A DNA stretch of 64,000 bases, taken from assembly GCF_964204865.1 (NCBI RefSeq), contig NC_135250.1, positions 7,750,001 through 7,814,000 of the forward strand, read 5' to 3'. Every line of letters starts with the position of its first letter. Position 1 is the stretch's first letter. The DNA comes from Styela clava. Taxonomy: Eukaryota. A program made the position numbers and the translations under genes. Shown here in pieces: positions 53,201 to 64,000 of this stretch. Under the pieces are notes generated by a model that saw nothing but the letters and a program-made list of their open reading frames with translations, did not search any database and was not told the DNA's origin.

Positions 53201-54430
53201 GTATAAAAAATAAAAAAATCTCAAGGCTCAATTGGCCATACAGAAACATTTCACATCCAAGTAGGAACATTATCCAAACAGAGCATTTCCTTAACTAGTC
53301 AGGCTCGTCACAAGCCTCAAGGTGAAACCACCATGTCGTTGGAAACACTGTTGATTGAATGAATGTTATATGCTGGGTTTTGATATTTGAAAACAATTAT
53401 TAATGATGTTCTGTTGTTGCCTTAATTTTTGGTACAAAATAAATGAAAGATTGATGAATATCGCCTAAAAATTTATGATAATTCATTCGGGAATTTTTGC
53501 GAAAATTGCTACAACACATTGTTTTTAACATACGCACCAATGTGAATCAATTGTTAAAATAAAGTACAATAATCGAATTTAGAAGATGACTGGACTTTTT
53601 ATAAATAAATTAACCATTAATATTTCTCAGATTGACGGTATTTCTTATGACCTAACCTTTGCTTTATCGGTGAGCTTGAACAACGGACTAGCCTTGGTTC
53701 GAGATCTTTAATACGAATGCGATACCAACATCTTATGCAAACGCACTAATCACTGAGTCATCGCGACCAAAGTTGCGACATTATTGACAGAGTATTCGGC
53801 TGCTTTCAAATTGGTAAACTTCGTAACATAGAACTATATATATATATGTGCCAAACAGGGTTAAGACTTTAAGGGTCTTTAGCTAGATGATAGATGCGTT
53901 TGCCACTACGTTAAAACAGAATTAGAATCATACCACTGTAAGTTGAGAGGTACATGTTGAGAGGTACATCCCCCAACAATTACTACTTATATGCATCTAG
54001 AATGAATACCCACCTAACCAGACCAGGTGTGGAGAATGGGCAAGCATTCGATTACCAGTGGGATAAATACAAAGTATAATCCTAATACTACCTATATAAA
54101 ATACTATCGACACAGAGTTGTAAGTTGAGCCGAGTTTATCTGTACAGGATTGGGTGCGCGATTTAGTTTGAATGGAAAATGAACATATTTTTCAATAATC
54201 AAATTCAACTAATTAACATGTATTGGAATTCCCTATAAAGATTTGTTTACATTATTAAATAATTTTACCAATCTCATTAAATTTACAATTACAACAATTT
54301 TAATTCTGGATGGCGCTTGGAATTGTGAATTCTGGTCAAGTATGTGGGTTAAAATCAGCTTGCTTACAACTCTGTGCCCCTAAATAGTCACTCACGCTCG
54401 CACTCACTCAATTATAATTAAATTTTTCTG

Positions 54431-56074
54431 TTAATGTTTGCGATGTAAACCCAAGCATCGCGCAAATGGGAATAACAAGCATTTCAGAAACTTGCTTGCT
54501 TTCTTCCCCTTTGCTTTCTGTTGAGGATGAACACGTCGGTGGTTACGTCTTGTGTTGATTGGCTCGTTCTCCATTTTCATGGGTTTCAGTTTTGCCTCCA
54601 TTGCTTCCTCTGTTCTTGCTCTCTCAAGGCTGTAAAGAATCATGTATATGTGTCAGTTGGAACTCTGAAACAGGACTTTACTTGATCGTAAATTGAACCA
54701 CTTGTGCGTATATATGACTAGCCACTTGGCCAAAAGAACTTACACGCTTCTCTAGTCAATTATTATGTCGTGACTCTATTAAGTGTTACCAGTACTGGCG
54801 TTTAAATTTACCCGTTAGTAAAAGCAGACGGGACATACGACTTTCTTATTATACATAACTCTTGATTCTACGTCGTTAAAAAACGTCGTTAATTAGAAAT
54901 AAATAAATACAAGTTAGTAATCACCATTCGTCAATGAGTTCGTCAACCATCACGTTGAGAATTTCCGCTACGTTGCTGCAATATTCATACGATAAAAATA
55001 TTTCTTCCGGATAATTCGGTATGGGTAGGGCGACTGCTTGTGGTTTAGGATCATGAACCGATTCTTGATCAGACAATCCAAGAATGTCGTCCTCCAGTTG
55101 CAGGCTTTCCAAAGATCCTTTTTAAACAAAATATGTTCAATATAGGGCACGAAACTTGAACTTCCCAACGGTTATTTCCATTCACAAACATTAACATTTT
55201 CGTTAAAATGTAGTTCCAGACGAGCCCTCAGCACCCTGGCTACAAATATGTAGGGCCGACCGGTCGGCTTTAATCTATAAATACGAGTATAGGTCATCAC
55301 ATTTTTTTGTTCCTATACTACGACTCAATATTGTTTCACATTTCACTCTGCTTACTCAAACTTACTTAAATTCGGATAGCTGCATGTTTCCATTATCGGA
55401 ACAATTGCCTGATCTTGCGTCATCACGATAGGTTCGCTAATCATTTTCTCCATAATTTTCTGATATTCGACATGCTTCGTTTCGAACAAACCTGGGAATT
55501 TATAACTAATTTTTTAACATCTATATTTTAAAATTCCATTACATATTTTAAAAATATATACTTACTCAAGATGCAAGGTGAACTTTGAGTGCTCAGCCAG
55601 CATTCCTGCTTCGGTTTTTGAATGATTGATGGATTGAGATAGTACTCGCTTCTCCACTTTTTGGTTGTCGTTAGTGGTGAGATCTATGTAAATTAAAAAA
55701 AATTGTACCATGGACATTTTAAATAGTAGTGATACAAATATCATGCCCAAAATGAAGCGAAAATTCAGAAAGATGATATGTATTAGTAGATTCGGTGCAC
55801 TAATAGAGAAGAGGTTTGTTAACGTTTACGCTATCTTAACTTCACCCTAAATAACTCTTTTCTACAAAAAAGTAGTCAGCTGATGTACAAGATTAATGAT
55901 AGGTTCATAATCTTTTGTGAGAAAGTCTCCCATATTCTTTTGTAGAAAAAAAAATCGACACAGTTATCGCATACCGCAGGCATGTGCATACTGGCATTTA
56001 AATTTCAATTAATTGCTTACCATCATATCCCCAGAAGCTTTCATAATATTCATTCTCGACTGCATAATTGTCAT
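54431..56074 (-). CDS. Array orphan protein, copy 4 (229 aa)
   Basis: Exons 56074-56021, 55683-55566, 55491-55366, 55117-54925 and 54629-54431; open frame. Confidence 0.78.
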
Positions 56075-59000
56075 CTAGTTGTTCACGCGGTGAAAACTGT
56101 GCAATTGATATTTTCTCAAAATATAAATCAATTTTAATAAAATTGTTACGTTTATGACGTCACAATAACAAAATTCACTTCGCCGGACGTGCCATTGCTT
56201 GTGGCATTTTATACTACTATATTTGTTTGCCGTTTAAAGTGATTTCCAGAATAAGTGTTAGATAAAATTAAAATAAAAAAAGCAGCTTTCCATTTCATGA
56301 AACAGGATTGTTTTCGTGTACACCGTATCTGTGCGCGGGTCGCTGACGACGATTTCGCCACTCGTTTGCCTTGCTCATAACTGTATTAGCACGGTCCGCA
56401 GCAATGAAGTCCAAACAGACTTCATAATGGCGCCAAGCAAAATGATTAGTTCTTTTCTAAGCGCCTCATAGTGTTGTGCTGGAAGCCTGCTTAGTAAATT
56501 GGTTTGCAGCTCAGGAATCGGTGGACACTTGGTTGTGTTATCATACGGACTTCAAACTGAGGTTACATGGTTTAAAAAGATCGGTAAGTTCTGAATTACG
56601 TCAGGTTTATTTGTGTTTGTTTTATGTTAATGCACTAATGTAGTATTGCGGTACAATACTTTCATATGGAAGGGCTATTCGTACACTAATGAATTGTTGT
56701 GACCTAAGTGACAGAATTTCCGTCCTTCATTGGGACTGAGAATATTCTGCCAACCGTATTTTCATGTAAAATTGACCTTCGCACTATTTATGCTTCCAAA
56801 TAACAAAGCGTTCACACGATCCTCATTTGCTGCAAAGCTAGACAATGTATTTTACGCTACAAGCAATTTTATTACTCAGTAAAATCACATATTTAAGCAA
56901 ATTAAATGAGACGGTCAAAGAACAACCTACCACAGTTGGCAGAAATATTCATGTACAGGAACGGCACTTCGATATCGAATAAGAAACACAGGGTGTAACA
57001 AAATGAAAATGATTAGGTGGTCTAATTATCGCGTTTTTAGACTTTAGTTTGGTTCTAATTTCAATGTCCGAATCAAATTGGAATTATTTTGAGTTAAAAC
57101 ACGTCCAACTGTTAACTTAAGTTGGTTAAATTAACCCAATATGCTATGAGAGTACAATGATATCTCAGTTTACAAACATCCATGTGCATGGTATCCACAG
57201 CCATAAATATAATGACAAATACACATATCACTGAACAAAATAAATTGAGTTTAGTCCCAGCGCAAAATGAATATAATCTGAGATAAGCAATTGACTTTTT
57301 GAAGATTCTTGTAAATAACAAATATTAAATCAATAACCTTGAACTTTGTTTCGGATGTTTTTAATAAGATAGTTGTATATATGATGAAATCGTGGTTTAA
57401 TGTTAAAATGTTTTTGCTAATTTTTTTTGTCGATATATATACATATATGTAGAAATATATGAACTGGGATTTTGCCGTACACGTAAGAGACGGTCAAATT
57501 TCAAATGGAATGTGGAGATTCTAAATATTAATAGACATAAATTCCGCAAAAATAATACACAAGAATTTACATATCGTCCTTATTATATATCAGCACATTT
57601 TAATTTGCTATATTTAAGAACCTAATTGTTGAAGCATTAATAAAATTGATAGCGTCTCAGCTAATTTAACACCCCTTTATCACAAACCATTTTAGCGAAA
57701 GCTTCGTTTCTAGAAGTTATATATGCGAGTTATATATGTCAAAAAATTAGGATAAATGGATAAATATATTCGAATAAAAAAAAAACTTGGTTAATATGTA
57801 AATGATATAAACTTTCCACCGCTAGTGCGCCCTGCTCAATGAAACGACAATACGCTTGTAAACATGGTCCAAAGAATCAACTCCTCATGCCGCAAGGTGT
57901 CTCGCGTAATTGTCCACATAAAGAATGTGAACTTCCTGTAAAGGCGGTCGTTCGACTATTGTTATATTGGCTCGTCGAATTTTGCCTATTACAAGAAAGA
58001 TACAGCTAATCTGAATCTTACAGTGAAGAAAGTATTTAGCCTGGTTTAATCAAATTGTCTAATAAACCTGTAAAATTCTACGTCTTGTTATTTGGTTTCA
58101 GTATTTGAATAATTTTTCTTCAAATCTTACTCTACTCAAAAAAAGGCATGAAGCAATTAGATATTAATCGCGGCTGTTGGAATAGTTTACATGAAACTAT
58201 TTGCCATTGAGTAACGCTTTATTAGTTTTCGCAAGCGGCAAGCATGATCTTTTTGTCATTTTCAATGTTTCCAAAATAAACTATACCCAACCTGAGTGGA
58301 TTGCAGGAACCAACGTAACAGACTATGGTATATATATACTTTTATTTACATTACATATATATTCACTAAAATTCTTACACACAAACAAACACAAACACAA
58401 TAAATGAACAAACTACCCTACCAATTTCTGATGTGTTAATATAAAACCTACAAATTGTTTGTTGCTGACTTAAAATACGTTGTTGAATAAAACAAAATAA
58501 TTAAATATTTAAATTCAAATTGTAGCAAACAACAACAAATTGTAAACTACATCCATAATGCAATCATAGTACGATATAATACATAAAGCAATTTCACATT
58601 TGCGAAATGGTTCAATAATAACACTGCAATAAATGCAAGCAAATGAAGACTTAGTAGTATTACAATCGTTCTTAGGAGCGATGGTGTTGTGGTTAAGGCG
58701 TTGCACTGACTACGTTGGTATCGTATGGACATTCGACAGACCACGTGAACGGGGGATCGCCAGGTAATCATACACCGTTCGGTGAGAATAACTTGGACCA
58801 ATTTAAGGGATGAAAAACCCGCGTGTTGGTGTAACTCTTCGAAATTAGCCAAATTTGGAATAGAACAATTGGCACTAAATAGGACAGTCCAAAAATAATT
58901 TGAAACCAAATCAAAGTAAAAGACTTCCAGAAAACAAAACTATTCTACTTTGAACTAAAAGGAATGGACTAACAATTGCAGAAAAGAAGCTGTTGTCAAC

Positions 59001-60269
59001 AACATGAACAACATTACAGCAACACTACTGTCTGCGAGTTGTTTCTGTAAATAGTCAGATTTCCAGTATAAAAAATAAAAAAATCTCAAGGCTCAATTGG
59101 CCATACAGAAATATTTCACATCCAAGTAGGAACATTATCCAAACAAAGCATTTCCTTAACTAGTCAGGCTCGTCACAAGCCTCAAGGTGAAACCACCATG
59201 TCGTTGGAAACACTGTTGATTGAATGAATGTTATATGCTGGGTTTTGATATTTGAAAACAATTATTAATGATGTTCTGTTGTTGCCTTAATTTTTGGTAC
59301 AAAATAAATGAAAGATTGATGAATATCGCCTAAAAATTTATGATAATTCATTCGGGAATTTTTGCGAAAATTGCTACAACACATTGTTTTTAACATACGC
59401 ACCAATGTGAATCAATTATTAGAATAAAGTACAATAATCGAATTTAGAAGATGACCTGACTTTTTATAAATAAATTAACCATTAATAATTCTCAGATTGA
59501 CGGTATTTCTTATGACTTAACCTTTGCTTTATCGGTGAGCTTGAACAACGGACTAGCCTTGGTTCGAGATCTTTATTACGAATGCGATACCAACATCTTA
59601 TGCAAACGCACTAATCACTGAGTCATCGCGACCAAAGTTGCGACATTATTGACAGAGCATTCGGCTGCTTTCAAATTGGTAAACTTCGTAACATAGAACT
59701 ATATATATATATATGTGCCAAACAGGGTTAAGACTTTAAGGGTCTTTAGCTAGATGATAGATGCGTTTGCCACTACGTTAAAACAGAATTAGAATCATAC
59801 CACTGTAAGTTGAGAGGTACATGTTGAGAGGTACATCCCCCAACAATTACTACTTATATGCATCTAGAATGAATACCCACCTAACCAGACCAGGTGTGGA
59901 GAATGGGCAAGCATTCGATCACCAGTGGGATAAATACAAAGTATAATCCTAATACTACCTATATAAAATACTATCGACACAGAGTTGTAAGTTGAGCCGA
60001 GTTTATCTGTACAGGATTGGGTGCGCGATTTAGTTTGAATGGAAAATGAACATATTTTTCAATTATCAAATTCAACTAATTAACATGTATTGGAATCCCC
60101 TATAAAGATTTGTTTACATTATTAAATAATTTTACCAATCTCATTAAATTTACAATTACAACAATTTTAATTCTGGATGGCGCTTGGAATTAATCAGCTT
60201 GCTTACAACTCTGTGCCCCTAAATAGTCACTCACGCTCGCACTCACTCAATTATAATTAAATTTTTCTG

Positions 60270-61913
60270 TTAATGTTTGCGATGTAAACCCAAGCATCGC
60301 GCAAATGGGAATAACAAGCATTTCAGAAACTTGCTTGCTTTCTTCCCCTTTGCTTTCTGTTGAGGATGAACACGTCGGTGGTTACGTCTTGTGTTGATTG
60401 GCTCGTTCTCCATTTTCATGGGTTTCAGTTTTGCCTCCATTGCTTCCTCTATTCTTGCTTTCTCAAGGCTGTAAAGAATCATGTATATGTGTCAGATGTA
60501 ACTCTGAAACAGGACTTTACATGAACGTAAATTGAACCACTTGTGCGTATATATGACTAGCCACTTGGCCAAAAGAACTTACACGCTGCTTTAGTCAATT
60601 ATTATGTCGTGACTCTATTAAGTGTTACCAGTACTGGCGTTTAAATTTACCCGTTAGTAAAAGCAGACGGGACATACGACTTTCTTATTTTACATAACTC
60701 TTGATTCTGCGTCGTTAAAAAACGTCGTTAATTAGAAATAAATAAACACAAGTTAGTAATCACCATTCGTCAATGAGTTCGTCAACCATCACGTTGAGAA
60801 TTTCAGCTACGTTGCTGCAATATTCATACGATAAAAATATTTCTTCCGGATAATTCGGTATGGGTAGGGCGACTGCTTGTGGTTTAGGATCATGAACCGA
60901 TTCTTGATCAGACAATCCAAGAAAGTTGTCCTCCAGTTGCAGGCTTTCCAAAGATCCTTTTTAAACAAAATATGTTCAATATAGGGCACGAAACTTGAAC
61001 TTCCCAACGGTTATTTCCATTCACAAACATTAACATTTTCGTTAAAATGTAGTTCCAGACGAGCCCTCAGCACCCTGGCTACAAATATGTAGGGCCGACC
61101 GGTCGGCTTTAATCTATAAATACGAGTATAGGTCATCACATTTTTTTGTTCCTATACTACGACTCAATATTGTTTCACATTTCACTCTGCTTACTCAAAC
61201 TTACTTAAATTCGGATAGCTGCGTGTTTCCATTATCGGAACAATTGCCTGATCTTGCGTCATCACGATAGGTTCGTTAACCATTTTCTCCGTAATTTTCT
61301 GATATTCGACATGCTTCGTTTCGAACAAACCTGGGAATTTATAACTAATTTTTTAACATCTATATTTTAAAATTCCATTACATATTTTAAAAATATATAC
61401 TTACTCAAGATGCAAGGTGAACTTTGAGTGCTCAGCCAGCATTCCTGCTTCGGTTTTTGAATGATTGATGGATTGAGATAGTACTCGCTTCTCCACTTTT
61501 TGGTTGTCGTTAGTGGTGAGATCTATGTAAATTAAAAAAAATTGTACCATGGACATTTTAAATAGTAGTGATACAAATATCATGCCCAAAATGAAGCGAA
61601 AATTCAGAAAGATGATATGTATTAGTAGATTCGGTGCACTAATAGAGAAGAGGTTTGTTAACGTTTACGCTATCTTAACTTCACCCTAAATAACTCTTTT
61701 CTACAAAAAAGTAGTCAGCTGATGTACAAGATTAATGATAGGTTCATAATCTTTTGTGAGAAAGTCTCCCATATTTTTTTGTAGAAAAAAAAATCGACAC
61801 AGTTATCGCATACCGCAGGCATGTGCATACTGGCATTTAAATTTCAATTAATTGCTTACCATCATATCCCCAGAAGCTTTCATAATATTCATTCTCGACT
61901 GCATAATTGTCAT
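60270..61913 (-). CDS. Array orphan protein, copy 5 (229 aa)
   Basis: Exons 61913-61860, 61522-61405, 61330-61205, 60956-60764 and 60468-60270; open frame. Confidence 0.78.
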
Positions 61914-64000
61914 CTAGTTGTTCACGCGGTGAAAACTGTGCAATTGATATTTTCTCAAAATATAAATCAATTTTAATATAATTGTTACGTTTATGACGTC
62001 ACAATAACAAAATACACTTCGCCGGACGTGCCATTGCTTGTGGCATTTTATACTACTATATTTGTTTGCCGTTTAAAGTGATTTCCAGAATAAGTGTTAG
62101 ATAAAATTAAAATAAAAAAAGCAGCTTTGCATCTCGTGAAACAGGATTGTTTTCGTGTACACCGTATCTGTGTGCGGGTCGCTGACGACGATTTCGCCAC
62201 TCGTTTGCCTTGCTCATTACTGTATTAGCACGGTCCGCAGCAATGAAGTCCAAACAGACTTCATAATGGCGCCAAGCAAAGTGATTAGTTCTTTTCTAAG
62301 CGCCTCATAGTGTTGTGCTGGAAGCCTGCTCAGTAAATTGGTTTGCAGCTCAGGAATCGGTGGACACTTGGTTGTGTTATCATACGGACTTCAAACTGAG
62401 GTTACATGGTTTAAAAAGATCGGTAAGTTCTGAATTACGTCAGGTTTATTTGTGTTTGTTTTATGTTAATGCACTAATGTAGTATTGCGGTACAATACTT
62501 TCATATGGAAGGGCTATTCGTACACTAATGAATTGTTGTGACCTAAGTGACAAAATTTCCGTCCTTCATTGGGACTGAGAATATTCTGCCAACCGTATTT
62601 TCATGTAAAATTGACCTTCGCACTATTTATGCTTCCAAATAACAAAGCGTTCACACGATCCTCATTTGCTGCAAAGCTAGACAATGTATTTTACGCTACA
62701 AGCATTTTTATTACTCAGTAAAATCACATATTTAAGCAAATTAAATGAGACGGTCAAAGAACAACACACCACCGTTGGCAGAAATATTCATGTACAGGAA
62801 CGGCACTTCGATATCGAATAAGAAACACAGGGTGTAACAAAATGAAAATGATTAGGTGGTCTAATTATCGCGTTTTTAGACTTTAGTTTGGTTCTAATTT
62901 CAATGTCCGAATCAAATTGGAATTATTTTGAGTTAAAACACGTCCAACTGTTAACTTAAGTCGGTTAAATTAACCCAATATGCTATGAGAGTGCAATGAT
63001 ATCTCAGTTTACAAACATCCATGTGCATGGTATCCACAGCCATAAATATAATGACAAATACACATATCACTGAACAAAATAAATTGAGTTTAGTCCCAGC
63101 GCAAAATGAATATAATCTGAGATAAGCAATTGACTTTTTGAAGATTCTTGTTAATAACAAATATTAAATCAATAACCTTGAACTTTGTTTCGGGTGTTTT
63201 TAATAAGATAGTTGTATATATGATGAAAGCGTGGTTTAATGTTAAAATGTTTTTGCCAATTTTTTTTGTCGATATATATATATATATATGTAGAAATATA
63301 TGAACTGGGATTTTGCCGTACACGTAAGAGACGGCCAAATTTCAAATGGAATGTGGAGATTCTAAATATTAATAGACATAAATTCCGCAAAAATAATACA
63401 CAAGAATTTACATATCGTCCTTATTATATATCAGCACATTTTAATTTGCTATATTTAAGAACCTAATTGTTGAAGCATTAATAAAATTGATAGCGTCTCA
63501 GCTAATGTAACACCCCTTTATCACAAACCAATTTAGCGAAAGCTTCGTTTCTAGAAGTTATATATGCGAGTTATATATGTCAAAAAATTAGTTGATGGAT
63601 AAATATATTCAAATAAAAAAAACTTGGTTAATATGTAAATGATATAAACTTTCCACCGCTAGTGCGCCCTGCTCAATGAAACGACAATACGCTTGTAAAC
63701 ATGGTCCAAAGAATCAACTCCTCATGCCGCAAGGTGTCTCGCGTAATTGCCCACATAAAAAATGTGAACTTTCTGGAAAGGCTGTCGTTCGACTATTGTT
63801 ATATTGGCTCGTCGAATTTTGCCTATTACAAGAAAGATACAGCTAATCTGAATCTTACAGTGAAGAAAGTATTTAGCCTGGTTTAATCAAATTGTCTAAT
63901 AAACCTGTAAAATTCTACGTCATGTTATTTGGTTTCAGTATTTGAATAATTTTTCTTCAAATCTTACTCTACTCAAAAAAAGGCATGAAGCAATTAGATA

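Larger units (their letters stand above)
34070..64000. repeat. Head-to-tail tandem array of ~5.75-5.95 kb units (5 full + partial sixth; continues past the window)
   Basis: Homologous markers at 37346, 43099, 49053, 54921 and 60760 (spacings 5753, 5954, 5868, 5839). Units start near 34070, 39725, 45690, 51660, 57520 and 63360. Copies are near-identical with unit-specific SNPs and indels. Confidence 0.97.

Noticed and set aside
34070-64000. Array as rDNA, 5S, histone, snRNA or spliced-leader cluster, or as a Helitron/LTR tandem
   Set aside because: I recognised no rRNA, 5S, U-snRNA, SL or histone sequence, and no transposase/RT/Rep-helicase ORF, TIRs, LTRs or hairpin-CTRR end. An Infernal/Rfam and Dfam scan would be decisive.
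34070-64000. Array as a pure assembly artefact
   Set aside because: Units differ by many shared and private SNPs and by 30-200 bp indels in consistent patterns. The exact copy number still needs read support.

Overview
AT-rich, intron-containing animal genomic DNA. The gene content and compact GT-AG introns suggest an invertebrate chordate such as an ascidian (inference). Most entries in the ORF track are wrong-frame or intronic, so genes were rebuilt by hand from splice sites and codon phase. (1) 110-12486 (-): secreted protein with a signal peptide, a 14-Cys Ly6/uPAR-like domain and at least 7.5 sushi/CCP modules; it runs off the left edge, and its introns carry hAT-type MITEs, one nested in another. 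(2) 16764-18921 (+): complete 197-aa myophilin/transgelin/calponin-family gene with a candidate muscle enhancer upstream. (3) About 20.3-24.7 kb: MITE and transposon debris plus a probable NXPE-like pseudogene fragment. (4) 25368-32709 (-): 14-coding-exon, 788-aa GT7 (beta-1,4-galactosyltransferase-like) gene with altered specificity residues and a ~350-aa C-terminal extension. (5) About 34070 to the window end: head-to-tail array of ~5.75-5.95 kb units (5 complete plus a partial sixth). Each unit carries a 5-exon, 229-aa orphan gene on the minus strand with an AKAP-like amphipathic helix and a basic/Cys tail; copy 1 has lost its first splice donor and copy 2 its stop codon. Each unit also has decayed plus-strand exon-like segments that weakly resemble a cGAS/OAS-type nucleotidyltransferase. 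No rRNA, tRNA, snRNA or CRISPR array was recognised.
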